Made by a program: the position numbers and the translations under genes
The notes under the pieces: model-generated
What the model saw: only the letters and a program-made list of their open reading frames with translations
Databases searched by the model: none
Told to the model about the DNA's origin: nothing
In this document: positions 10,891 to 23,789 of the stretch, one piece after another
Layout: every line of letters begins with the position of its first letter
Position numbering within the stretch: position 1 is the stretch's first letter
DNA from: Lytechinus pictus
Lineage: Eukaryota
Reading direction: 5' to 3'
NCBI RefSeq assembly: GCF_037042905.1
Contig: NC_087252.1
Coordinates: 20,586,001-20,650,000 of the forward strand
Length of the DNA: 64,000 nt

Positions 10891-13346
10891 GCAAGCACTG
10901 TGCCTATTTACTTTTGGAGAGAGAACACCTGTGTCTTCCTTTTTGGCCTATTTTCACAAGTCAAGTTGTAAGTTGAATTATACCCTTACATAATTTCTTC
11001 CGATTCAGTTGAATGATATACAGGTTAGAGAGTAATAATACAAATGCTGTTTGAAATGTGTATTCTGAATATTGAAATCTTAATTCACTGGATTATTTTT
11101 AATTTGTCCTTATTTGCAGTGGATAAAATATCTTGTTGTTTAAATGTATTTTGAATAATCATTACTATGGTATGATAAGTAATATCCTGTTGTATTATGA
11201 TGAATACTGAGATTTATAAAAGGAATGGTTACTGTTACACGCAAGCACTGGTTATGATTTACAGGTAGCTCTTATCACTGAGAATATTGTCTCGACTTCG
11301 GCCACGCCCTTTGAGTCTTGGCTTGACACCGGAGACGCCTTGGTGATGCCCCTTTCTTTGTGACAGCAACATTAGAAATTGTAAATTGATCGCCTGCTAC
11401 CTCAGTGAAACGGCAGGGGACTTAAGCCCCTTCTTTGTGGATGTACTAGGGGTGCGTTTATCCGCCACTTTCTTACCATAGAATCATGATCTGAATCATG
11501 ATTCAAATCATGATTCTGCAGAATCACGATTGCGTTTGGTCGAAATTGAATATAATCATGATTAGAATCACAAACATGAAACACGAAAAAAGGGGCGTTT
11601 GGAAAGACATTTCTGCAGAATCACGTACGAAAATGCTCGAATAAACGATATCGTGATTATACAATCATGATTCTATGACCTCACCGTTGTGTCGGGCTAC
11701 TTTCGGTTTGACTCTTGCCAAGCTCAAGGCGCTCTATATGCTCATTGTATACATGATTATGTACTACGCATGCATTTCTTGTCATGTTCAAGTTCTGTGT
11801 TGGTCATCGCATCGTCCACTACTTTTCATTTTTTGGTCATGTCTTCAACTTCAAGTTCTAGTAAATGAATTAACTGTACAGAAAATGATATAATTTGTTG
11901 TTGAATATACAGTATCAATATCAATTGGATCTACGCTGAAATTCACTTCCGAACACCATTTTGGATAAACTAACAAGATGAATAGAAGCTGTCTCAAATG
12001 AGACAGTCGATGATGTCCCTCATTCACTATTTCTTTTGTTTTTTATTGTTTGAATTATACAATGTTTAATTTTTCTAAAGATTTGACAATAAGGACCAAC
12101 TTGACTGAATCATACAGTATTAAGCAATGCTCATTTTACATATTAAGGGAGGAATTAATCGTTGTTTCACTTCACATGAGGAGAAAAATAGAATTTTCCC
12201 TATTTCATATAATAAAATACAAAACAAATAGTGAGTGGATGACGTCATCAGTTTCTTCATTTGCATACCCACCAGGGTGTGCATATAACTGTTTTGTGAA
12301 ATTAAGCAAAACTTTAAAATGTCATAACTTTCTTATTTCAGTGTTATGCTTGTTGGATTTTTCTCTTTTTATTCAAATCAACTTTTTGTTGGGGTGGACT
12401 TGTAGTAAGTAGAAATGTCAAAAATGTTCAGCTAGCCCTTCGCACTCGCATTATGCAATTGTTGAAATACGTAGCGTCTTCATGGCTAACTGCAAGCAGC
12501 CCTTGACCATGTTCACAGGCACATTTTCGATCACTTATAAACGTATATTACAAATTTCTACTCGCGTTTCGCGCTCGCAGTAATTATTTAGTTGCATAAA
12601 CATCTAGTTTAGGATCACAACCATTGCCCCGAATGAACAAATTCTAGGACAAAATACGTAAAGTAATAAAAAAAAATAGCCCGCGCTTCTCGCTCGCACT
12701 TTTTAAATAAGGATTAAAAGACTATTATATATTTATGTTGATTCATAGGAATAAAGCGAAGTAAATATTGGGATAACCCCGAAGAAACAAACAAAAATCA
12801 ACTTCGAGTGGCCGATCGGGAAAAATATGGCTGAAAAAATGTATATGTATGTTAAAGATCTCATAGATAATAAATATGCAAATAACTTGCTTATTTGCGT
12901 AAATACAGAGTGTCTCATTGGATGAATCTTCTTCTTTTGACCCAGGATGCATTTCTATCAAGTGGAGCATTTTTACAAAACAATGAAGCGTTCAACCTCT
13001 TAACAAGTCTACTAGAAAAAAATGGAACGAAAAGTGAAAAAAGGAGGAGAGAAGAAAACGTACAAGAAGAGAAGTATTAAAGCAGATGAAGAAAAGTGAA
13101 CAAAATAAGGGGAGGAGAATTATTGGAAAAAAATACTTGTGACTATATCGAAATGACAAGTTAGCGCCTCGCTCTCACATTGTCAATTGAGTGAGATGTT
13201 TATCTACTCAAATATGATAACATATAGCTTTAATATTCCGTTATGAAGTCAATATGCACAAATTGCTCTGCTCGCGAGTTGATTTCGTCATTATTTTGTT
13301 TTAAAGAGATACGCACCATGTTCATGCTCGCATGATTTTATTAGCT

Positions 13347-13492
13347 GAAGGTAGTCCTTGGGTAGATTACGGGGGTAGATGTGCGGGGGATAGATGTCCG
13401 GGGTAGATGTCCAGGGGGTGGATGTCCGGGGATAGATATCCGGGGTAGATGTCCAGGGGGTAGATGTCCGGGGGTATATAGAGGTCCGGGGT
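13347..13492. repeat. GGTAGATGTCCGGGG tandem array, left part (arm of an older element)
   Basis: 14-15-bp units. The array resumes in the same orientation at 17523-17786. Confidence 0.85.
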
Positions 13493-14778
13493 GCGAAATT
13501 ATTTTTCCCACCGAGTTCTGGACCAACATATGAATATTCATGACTTGCGTCTTCGGATTGAGAGTACGCATGCGCGTGGACTTGGCCTCGACCAGTGCCG
13601 ATCGTAAGCATTCACGTTGCTCAGAATTAATTAGCATCGTCAAATTAACGGTACCCTTACATAGTTAAATAGGCCTTATAGGCTTAGATCTATATATACA
13701 TCCAATTCTTAAACACTTATCAAACTAGCTGCCATTAATGGCAAGACATGTGCTAGGGTAGGGCTAGCTTAGGCTAGCGCATTAACTTTACCTCAAATCT
13801 GGACCTGTCTAATGCCTAATACTAATAGGAATAGCCGACTAATATGCCATGGTTAACTTCGAACTTGTTAATTCCGAACTTTACGTTTGATTAGGTTTGG
13901 ACCAATATTAGCTTATTTACCATGGTTTAATATGTCTAGTCCGTATACAGAACCAGTCCTAGATCTAAAAAAAAATATCTTAGTTCTAGTCTAGTCTCTA
14001 GATCTAGACTCTGATCTACGCGCTATCAGCATGGAACCACTAGTGTACCAAAGGGGGGGAGGGTAGACTGCCCCCTGACGAGTCACAACTGATTCAGGGG
14101 ACGTGCCCCCCCCCCCTTGAGAAGCCAAATTAATAATTTGTAATGTCAAAATGCAACGAAAAAAGACGTTTTTCCCCTCTTTTGAACGTGAAGATCTTTT
14201 TTTTTTCTTGTCAAATTTTTTTCAGCTACGAAATCCATAATTTTGGGTGAAGACGGGGATCAAGATCACTGACGTTAATTTGTGCCTGACCGTTAGAATA
14301 CGTTCCATGCACGCCCTGGTGTACCTAGTATTTTCCAAAAGGGGGGCAAATTTTTTAGAGGATATTTCGTCCGCGAAAAAATGTGACAAGCCCCCCCCCC
14401 CCCCCAAAAAAAAAGGGTCCTCACGTTAAAAAAAGGGGACATACGTCTTTTTCATTGCATTTTTACATTACAAATTATTAATTTGCCTTCTCAAAGGGGG
14501 CACGTCCCCTGAATCAGTTGTGACTCGTCAGAGGGACAGTCTCCCCCCCCCCCCCCCCCTTGGTACACTAGTGGTTCCATGCTGATACAGCGTAGATCAG
14601 AGTCTAGATATAGAGACTAGACTAGAACTAAGATAATTTTTTTAGATCTAGGACTGGTTTTGTATACGGACTAGACATATTAAACCATGGCAAATAAGCT
14701 AATATTTGTCTAAACCTAATTAAACGTGAAGTTCGGAATTAACCAGTTCGAAGTTAACCATGGCATTAGTCGGATATT

Positions 14779-14920
14779 CAGTATTGTAGTCAACGCTCAA
14801 ACCTCCAAGGCCAAGGCCAAGGCTTTAATACCCAAGGCCAAGGCTTCAATACCAAAGACCAAGGCCAAGGCATGGAAACCCAAGGCCAAGGCCTGAAAAC
14901 TCAAGGCCAAGGCATTTCAA
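14779..14920. mobile_element. Fragment of the CCAAGG-repeat hAT-like MITE family
   Basis: Starts CAGTATTGTAGTCAACGCTCAAACCTCC, the reverse complement of the right end of the 19656-20065 element, and contains (CCAAGG)n repeats. Confidence 0.75.
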
Positions 14921-15242
14921 ACTTACGATATACAGAACAATGAACTAACAATACTTAGGCGGCAGACATCACACATGGTAAAATGTATGTGAGCGAGGGG
15001 ACTGAGCGAGAAAAAAAAAACCTTTGTACATTTAAAACAAAAATAATTTCATGATAGAGACATATTAAAATAATGATATAGTTACCTGTGTACACATAAT
15101 CCATAATTTTTCTATAGGCGATTTCATTGCAATAATTATTATTACCACGGTCATCTGATCCTGGCATTCTCAACGTATGTTTTCTCCACTCCCTGGGACA
15201 GCTAGGGGCAGCAGAAAATTATTATGGGGGGGTCAAAAGAGG

Positions 15243-16832
15243 CAGTGGCGTAACAGGCGGGGGGGCAGGGGGGCAAGTTGCCCCCCCTGGCGGATTTCAC
15301 CGGGAAAATAAAAGAAAAACGGGAAAAAGAAAAAAAAGGGGAAGAAAGAAAGGGAAAGGGGAAGGAAAGGGGAAAGGAAAGGAGGAAAAGGGAAAAGTGA
15401 AGAAAAAACCGAAAAAAAAACATTTTTTTAATGGAAAAGGAAGGAAAGCGGGAAAATGTACGAAAGAACATTTGAGAAAGAACAAATCATTCCGAAATAG
15501 GCCTATGTAATGCAATAGCAAGGTGGGAAATAAATTAAAAGATGGCAAAATGGCAAACAATAGCGGGAAACGAAGGTAGAATGTAATTATAGTCAAAAGC
15601 TAAATTGGAACAAAAGAAAAATATTAACACGGCCGGGCTGCCGATGATTGAAATTAAAGAGTGGGAAGAAAGATGGACTGCATACAACATTGTGCTATAA
15701 CCTTGCTAAATTTTATGCAAATAAGCTACCGGAGCTTTGCCCCAGATCCCACGCAGTAGGGGCTCTTCATTTATAACCTTTAAATGGCCAACACCCCCGT
15801 TCAATCACTGGCATACAGGCGCGCGGGGGGGGGGGGCTTGGTTCCACACCTAAGACGAAATAAAAGAAATTATAGGAGACAACGTATATACTGACATTAA
15901 TGGAAACAATGAAATGTTTTATTTGCTGAATATAATGGAAAAATCTATCACATAATTAGAATTTAATTTCAATAGGCACTTTTTCCAGCTCGCTTTGCAC
16001 GCTGGCGACTTTTTACAAATTTTTCCCACATTGCTATGTTTTGCCCCCTCAAAATATTTGATTCAGTACGCAACTGGGTTGAATAAATGTGTTGTGTACA
16101 AGCTATATTCTGTATTTTATGCCAGCGATTTGATTAAAATAGCGGCAATCTGCGAGGTTTAAATGGCTTTGATATCAAGAAGTTCCGGGGCTCCGCCCCA
16201 ACCGCACAGCAATGCGTATGGAAGGGTTGGGCCATGGCCCCCAAAAGTTGTACAAACAAGAACAAAAAAGGAGGAAAGAAAAGCAAGGGAAAAGTGTAGG
16301 ATCTGATTTTATTTTCTGAATATAATGTCAAAAAATAGCTCAAAGTTAGATTCTCATGAAAAGATGATTTTTTTCTCGCTCGCTTTGCTCGCTCGGGATT
16401 TATATAAAGCAGCTTTTTAGCACATGTGCTAACTATACTGTGCCCCTCTTTTTTTCATGTTTTACTTTTCACGCTACTGTCGCAAAGAATCCTTTTCCCA
16501 GTGGCATATAGACCACAAAAAGGGAATCTAAAGAGAGAAGGGTGAAATATATTATTCTCTGGATATCATGTCAAAATTTATCACAAAAATTTGATTTTTG
16601 TATGAAAAAGGTCAAAATTTTGCAACATTTTTTTAAGATAAATTCTGCCCGATACGCAATATCTGGCCTTCTCAAAATACAGTAGTCGCCTCATTACGCC
16701 ATTGTATGAATTTAATTTGAGAGAAAAACAATAAAACATCTTTTTTTAAAATTACGCCTGTTCATACCATGATATGACCGGGAAATTTTTGGCTCTTGCC
16801 CCCCCTGGCCACCGACCGCTGTTACGCCGCTG
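15243..16832. mobile_element. hAT-like non-autonomous element nested in the foldback arm
   Basis: TIRs CAGTGGCGTAACAG / CTGTTACGCCGCTG. Perfect 8-bp TSD AAAAGAGG at 15235-15242 and 16833-16840. Confidence 0.88.
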
Positions 16833-17522
16833 AAAAGAGGGGAAAAACGTCTTTTTTCGTTGCATTTTGACATTACAAATTAATAATTTGGCTTCTCAAG
16901 GGGGGGGGGGCACGTCCCCTGAATCAGTTGTGACTCGTCAGGGGGGCAGTCTACCCCCCCCCCTTTGGTACACTAGTGGTTCCATGCTGATAGCGCGTAG
17001 ATCAGAGTCTAGATCTAGAGACTAGACTAGAACTAAGATATTTTTTTTAGATCTAGGACTGGTTCTGTATACGGACTAGACATATTAAACCATGGTAAAT
17101 AAGCTAATATTGGTCCAAACCTAATCAAACGTAAAGTTCGGAATTAACAAGTTCGAAGTTAACCATGGCATATTAGTCGGCTATTCCTATTAGTATTAGG
17201 CATTAGACAGGTCCAGATTTGAGGTAAAGTTAATGCGCTAGCCTAAGCTAGCCCTACCCTAGCACATGTCTTGCCATTAATGGCAGCTAGTTTGATAAGT
17301 GTTTAAGAATTGGATGTATATATAGATCTAAGCCTATAAGGCCTATTTAACTATGTAAGGGTACCGTTAATTTGACGATGCTAATTAATTCTGAGCAACG
17401 TGAATGCTTACGATCGGCACTGGTCGAGGCCAAGTCCACGCGCATGCGTACTCTCAATCCGAAGACGCAAGTCATGAATATTCATATGTTGGTCCAGAAC
17501 TCGGTGGGAAAAATAATTTCGC

Positions 17523-17786
17523 GTCCGGCGTAGATGTCCAGGGGGTAGATGTCCGGGGATAGATGTCCGAGGGGTAGATGTCCAGGGGTGGATTTCCGGG
17601 GGGTAGATGTCCGGGGGTAGAGGTCCAGGGGGTACATGTCCGGGGGTAGATGTCCGCGGGGGTAGATGTCCAGGGGGTAGATTCCGGGGGTAGAAGTCCG
17701 CGGGATAGATGCCCGGGGTATGTGTACTAGGGGATACTTGTCCTAAGGGGTAGGGGTGGATGTCCAGGGGTAGATGTCCTAGAATC
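17523..17786. repeat. GGTAGATGTCCGGGG tandem array, right part, ending ...GTCCTAGAATC
   Basis: Same unit and orientation as 13347-13492. Confidence 0.85.
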
Positions 17787-18121
17787 GAAGAGGAAAATTT
17801 ATACATGAGTTGTGTGAGTAGATATGTGAGTATGATATGAGTCTTCATGTACATCAAAATAATTGGTCCTTTTTTCCATTTTAAAAAGGCACCCATAAAA
17901 AGATTTATAGATATTTATTGTTTTGAAATATTTGTTCTGGAAATGATTTTTTAAGATCATTTTCAAAATAAGTTTAAATGTAAAAATTTAGTAAATAGTA
18001 TAATAATATATAGTATAATAATATATATTTAGTATAATAATTTCTAAAACAATTTCTCAACATCTTTTTCAGGATACCAAAAAAATGGGAGTCGACGCTG
18101 AAGGATCATTGTTCTGGATGA

Positions 18122-18523
18122 CTACTCTGATCTACAAGCTGACATCGGAAACTTGATGTTAAGATTTAACTGTAATTGAATGTAAGCACTTTCGTCTCTT
18201 TTTTCGTTATCGTCTACTTCCATAGGCAATTGAATGTGAGTACTTTCGCCTCTTTCTTCGTTATCGCCTACTTCCATAGACTCATCAACAGTACTAAAAT
18301 ACAAGGTGTCCGTTAGTGAACACTCTGTTAATGGAGAATCTATTTCCATAGGTTCTTCGACATTGCTAAAATTCCAAGTGTCCGTTAGTGCACACTCTGT
18401 TAATAGAGAATCTATTTCCATAGGCTGTTCAAGAGTACTGAAACTTTGTGCATTCTCCGTTAACGGAGAATCTACTTCCATAGATTCGTCGAACCAAAGA
18501 CTCTTGCCCTGGAATGCGTTCAT
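18122..18523 (-). CDS. Hypothetical 133-aa acidic protein with five [S/P]ME[V/I][D/G] repeats
   Basis: ATG-started ORF. The repeat spacings are 60, 72, 72 and 54 nt, all multiples of 3. No family recognised. Confidence 0.35.
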   Translation of the reverse strand: MNAFQGKSLWFDESMEVDSPLTENAQSFSTLEQPMEIDSLLTECALTDTWNFSNVEEPMEIDSPLTECSLTDTLYFSTVDESMEVGDNEERGESTHIQLPMEVDDNEKRDESAYIQLQLNLNIKFPMSACRSE

Positions 18524-19655
18524 TTACTCGTTAAAACAAAAATCTTATTCTCCGCAAAATCAACGTAGATCAGAGTAGCTGCTAACACTGACAATGTCCT
18601 GTCAGTGAGAACCCAAGGACCGATATGCACCCTCTACAGTATACGGAGCCGTACGAAATGCAACAACTGGGCGTGGCAAACGTCGCCGTGGGCAAAAATA
18701 TTGACGTGCGTCATGATGATCTGATGGCCACGGCATCTCCACATGCCTTACGGTGGCCGAACGTAACCATGGTAACTGCATGGAACATGCAGAGCAATGC
18801 CTCCTCTTGCATTCCCAAGAAGAGTCATTAGCATAAAAGTTGCTTTGATGAAGATAAACCTCTTTGTCCTCATACCCAATATACACCATTCTATCGCTAC
18901 GCACATTACATGCATTCATGCGTGCTACACACCAACAAATGCCAGTCAAGACCGATTGAGTCTATTTTATTCTCTTGAAGATATGCCATCGATCGGATCG
19001 TATAATCGGTATTACTAGTGTGACTGGACACTGAGGTGGCTTTTTGGTGTCATTTTATCGCAATATCGCGGAATGCATTTGGATGTTTTTCCCTTTATTT
19101 AATACTGTCATCAATATTCTCATTAAAATATCCTCTTTCGTGTTGAATGCTGATATTTTGCCCTAGTTGTTGATGTTAATGACAAAACAGAAAGATAATA
19201 ATGCACATGCAAATTTTTGACCAAAACATGGAAATTTTGACATAAATTCTCACATTTTTCCCTAAAATATTAACCGGATTGTCCAGAAAACGATTGCAGT
19301 CGATTCTTCTATCTAAATCATTGTAAAATTAGTAATTATTTAAGACTTTTCCATTATCTGTGCAAAAATATGAAAATGATTGATTTTCATGAAAATTCCA
19401 AAATGGCAAACAAAAATGGGGTCCTCTTGGCCTTCCGTACAGGATTACCCGGCAGCAGCACATTTCCTTAGCAATTATTTCATGCCAACATAAAGGGAAT
19501 ATCAAACGTCAGCTGAATAAATTCTCATAGGCCCAGGTCTAAATGGAAAATCTGGGGTTCGATTCCTGGCCGCGGCATCTATATATCCGTCAGAAAGGTA
19601 TTTCATCGACAATGTCCTTTTATCCTGCATTCAAATAAATGAACATGCTATACGC

Positions 19656-20065
19656 CAGTGTTGTAGTGCCTTGATGCTCGGCCTTGGCCTTGAGGCGCCT
19701 TGAGGCCTATTTTTTCAAAGCCTTGGCCTTGAACATTTAAGCCTTGGCCTTGAGGATTTTGAGCCTTGAAATTTCAAGGCATTTTCAAGGCTTTTTCAAG
19801 GCATTTTGTATTTTGTACTTTCATTTTTTTTTATATAAGTAATTATAAATGTTTCAATTGTTCTGCATATTTACCAGCAACAGTAGCAGCTGCAGTATGT
19901 GTGCTAGCAGTGTCATTAATTGTCATTATTAAATCATCATTATTATCATTATCATATATGAAACAAAGAAAACAGCAGTGGGGAAAAATAACCCTATTAA
20001 TTGGTAATGTGTTGTAATCATGACAAATGATGATAATGGAGGTTTGAGCCTTGACTACAACACTG
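19656..20065. mobile_element. hAT-like MITE with CCTTGG repeats, inserted in an old SINE-like sequence
   Basis: TIRs CAGTGTTGTAGT / ACTACAACACTG. Perfect 8-bp TSD CTATACGC. A B-box-like GGTTCGATTCC lies at ~19556 in the host sequence. Confidence 0.88.
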
Positions 20066-21899
20066 CTATACGCATTATTGGTAACTGGGTGTGCACTTGT
20101 TTAATGTTTAATATATATATATATAAATAAATATATGCATGTATATAGTCCCGTAAGAGCCTGTCGAAGGTACCCCACCCTTATCCATGGCCGTGGCTTG
20201 ACTATTAAAATATCTTGCTTTTTGTAGCCCCTAATGTGGCAAAATGATGAGAGCTTTACCATACAATCAATATTCCAATGAGCATTAACCTATCTAGTTT
20301 GATTACACACGCCTGATCATTCATTTTTACAAAGTAAAGAGTCTATATTCATTCTGGGTCAATGTATCATATCAGACAGTTATGATGAAAATAATATGCG
20401 ACATTTATAAAGCGCCTAATACAAATGTTTCTTTAGCCCAGCTCGAGCATTCACGGAATTTTTGAAAAAGGTGTTGCCATGGTAGTACTGTAAGGGAGCG
20501 TGGGAAAACCCCATCATGATACCGTATAGCAGTGCTCGTTCATTGTTGTATTATAGGAAGTTATTGATGTATTTTTATGGTCAATATCATGATATTTTGC
20601 ACGAAGTGAAAATTCATATAAAAAATCCATCATAGCAATTTGCGTGTATTCACAAAGAATAATTTTAAACGTAATTTAACAATTAATATATGCTCATTCG
20701 TTTAAAGTTATTTTTAGCTGTAAACTTATTCAATTGATGTTTAATGGTACTGGTATTTGCATGCTGCTTGCTACAAAGAGCCAAATCAAATGATTTTATT
20801 CCAAGATCAAAACCTATCCTTTTAAGCAAATACTAATGTACTAAAACGTGATAAAATTGGAGCAGTTAATATTAAAAAGCTAAAACAGTATTTCAAGAGG
20901 TTCGTTTGCGGAAAGCAATCAAGCACCAGATGTTATGTTTATGGTCGGCTATATTATGCTTAGCAATTACTTTATGGTCAACTTTGTCAAGCAATGCGCC
21001 ATTTATTGTGTCTTATGTTTATGGAGGGCAATGTTCACGCATATGCTAAGCCTCAGTTCCTAATAAAGATGGAATAACTTTAGGCAAAGTCTCCGATATC
21101 AGTTTACTTTCCTTTTCTTTGACGAAGCCATTTCCTCTCACTGACGACTGTTCTTTATAGGTTTTCCCGTCCAATTTCATATAGGAGTCACTTAAATTTA
21201 TTAATGTGCATTTGAATTCACGCGTTATCGTTTTCCCAGAGATATCGGTCATTCAAATTTTAAAATCAGACAATGGGATTCGTTTAAAGAGACTAGAATT
21301 CATTAATAATCATTCAAATAAATCAATGGTCAAGACTATTTCAAATTTGATCATTTTAATGATTGTTATGTACTTTTGATTTCTATCTAAGGCAAAGAGC
21401 TTCGTTAATGGTCTTACAAATTAACGAATGTACTTTTTTATTCTTAATTTTGGGCAATGAAATTCAGGAATTGCGCATTCATTCTAATCAACAATGACCG
21501 ATGGGACTGCTTGAGCACTCAATTTCATTTTGAGAGTTCAAATTAATGATGTGTAATTCGTTTGTTTTGTAACTGTATCTAATGTGTAAATGTATTAAAA
21601 TATTTATAATGAATTTAGAATATCTGAATTTCCACAATTTTCTTTAGTTTTCATCACAAAAACATTTGGTGTTAAGGATAATTCTATTCTTCCTTTTACA
21701 CCCGACAGTGCTGATTGTGTAGGCATTTTTCAACCAGTGCCTTTATTCTAGAAAAAAAAATATAATTCTAGTACATTTTATAACATTATTTCAATATTAC
21801 CAACAGGAAAAGTAGGCCTATATACATAAAATAGAATCACCGAATAAAATTATTGTAAGTTAGTTGTTGCTTAACATCTTAAATCAAATGCACTATTTT

Positions 21900-22445
21900 A
21901 AATCATGCTTGCCTATACAAGAATTTGTTTGACTAAACAGCTGCCACGCCATGCAACATCTGATTTTGAATGCCCATTTCTTTCTTTTCATGCACTTACT
22001 TAACATATGAATAAAACATTTGAAAATGATGTTGCAAATATAATTAATTCACATGTGAAAAATAACTTCGAATGCCCATCCATTACAATGCAAGCTCTTT
22101 ATGAAAAAGGAACTTAATTCATTTGAAGAATATTTGCAGAGATAATGAACCCACATGCGAAAAAAACGGTTATGTTTGCGCCTTTATGCATTAGATTGCA
22201 TGTTGTGTATCAAAATTCTAGTTAATTGTTTGATGATTATTAAACCGATATTTCGCGATAAATTTGTGGATACATTAAACTGTTCCATATCGTCTCATCG
22301 TCAAACATGAGCCCTAAGAATTTGGTTGAAGTGACTCTGTTGAGAAGCGTATCTTTCAAAAGTAAATCTCGAGGTAGATTTTGCAAAGTATTACTAAATA
22401 ACACAAAATTTGTATTAAGAATGTTGGCTTTAACTTTCTGCACTA
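21900..22445 (-). pseudogene. Decayed CR1/L2-clade RT C-terminal fragment
   Basis: LNRVTSTKFLGLMFDD motif, plus a downstream WHGSC/WG-like segment. Confidence 0.65.
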
Positions 22446-22528
22446 CACGTTATTATATCAACATGACGAGATATACCGCCATGTCAACTTGTCGACTAGA
22501 GACTTTTTATCACCAAGTCGAAGTAGAC

Positions 22529-23781
22529 CTACGAAAAATTTGTCAATTTGGCCAGATATATTATATCGCCAAGTCAACACTATGATATTGCTATATATGC
22601 TTAGAGAGATACATTGATCCGGTGTGCTGGCTCAGTTGGTAGAGCGTCCGTCTTACAACCGGGAGGTCGGGGTTCAAACCCCGGTCATGTCAGACCAAAA
22701 GACGTTAAAATATGGGAGTTACTGCTACCCTGTTTGGCGTTTAACGATTAAAGGGATAGAGCCTCGTCGATCTATCGCTACACAGCGGCTGCCGGGCCCA
22801 CGATCGATTGGGAAAAGCAAATTTTCGGAGTATTTCATTTTATGTCTATTTCGAACAATAAAATATGTGTTTTTTATTATCTCGCCGAGACAATAGACAA
22901 AAAGGTGTGGGTCAACTTTGCGACATACTCGCCAAGTAGACATAATAACATTATTATGTCGAATTGGCGAGATAAACTATCTCGCCATCTCTATAAGTCG
23001 ATGGCACTTTAAAGCTTCCGTACATGAGCTCGATCTGGATCTCCGCACGTCACCTCAGTGAAGCATGCAAAATACTCAAAGGGGAGGTCTTTCGTCACAC
23101 ATGCAGTAATATAGAATAACATAACAATTAATGCTTTGCAAACGGGTTGGCGTACTCGTTGGTGATTTTTTATGGTAGGGAAACCCAACTATCTCTGGCT
23201 CAACGCCAAATTGATTGCAAATGTATCATCGCATCATGATCAGGCTCGGGAGGAGGCTGGAGGCATTGAACATTGAACATCAAGAAGGATGATAATTTGT
23301 AGAGACAAAATATACTTGTACAGTCGTGTCCTATAAGTTTTGGCACTGTTAATATGATTTTCAAATTTCATACTATTTGTTGGTTACAAAAGAAGGTGCA
23401 AATGGGGGTACCAATATAGTACTTTCGTTTATTTGAGATACGATAAAATGGACCTTGCAGATAAAATACTACTGCTCTTGGGCTGAAATACCCCAGGTAT
23501 GAACTTTTTGTAGTCAGGCGCTTTATCTATCGACCACGGAACCTAAAAAACAATGTGTAAATCATGAGCCGGAAATAAACATGAAACACATGCACTCAAA
23601 CAATATACATGTACATGTACGTATACCAACAAACACACGTGGTTCTATCTCTCATTAATACATACACGCACATACTAAAACACACACAAAATTGCAGACA
23701 TTCTGCCCTATCACCAGGCCCTTTTGTAGTTCTTATCGGTCTGTTCATGGTATTGACGTCGTCAAGCTTTTCGTAACGATG
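22529..23781. repeat. Right copy of ~1.25-kb inverted duplication (partner 5855-7146)
   Basis: See the partner copy; it includes the same SINE-in-MITE nest. Confidence 0.85.
22619..22870 (+). mobile_element. tRNA-derived SINE
   Basis: Head TGGCTCAGTTGGTAGAGCG...GGTTCAAACCCCGG, then body CCCTGTTTGGCGTTTAACGATTAAAGGGATAG, which from memory resembles the MetaSINE core (not verified). Confidence 0.8.
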
Positions 23782-23789
23782 GCATTAAT

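Larger units (their letters stand above)
13493..17522. mobile_element. Foldback / MULE-like non-autonomous element with ~690-bp near-identical inverted arms
   Basis: 13493-14180 is the reverse complement of 16833-17522, with termini GCGAAATTATTTTTCCC / GGGAAAAATAATTTCGC. The 9-bp flanks are GTCCGGGGT / GTCCGGCGT. Confidence 0.88.

Noticed and set aside
13291..17896. Pro-rich ORFs (GHLPP / TSTP repeats) at 13291-13643 and 17408-17896
   Set aside because: These are translations of the 14-15-bp tandem array; unit lengths vary and do not preserve frame.
18763..18776. RFX X-box-like GTAACCATGGTAAC (half-sites also at ~7220 and ~20474)
   Set aside because: A single short motif with no identified target gene; chance occurrence is not excluded.
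22619..22692. tRNA-Val-like sequence (also 6935-7005)
   Set aside because: The acceptor and anticodon stems pair poorly and the sequence runs into a conserved non-tRNA body. It is a SINE head, not a tRNA gene.
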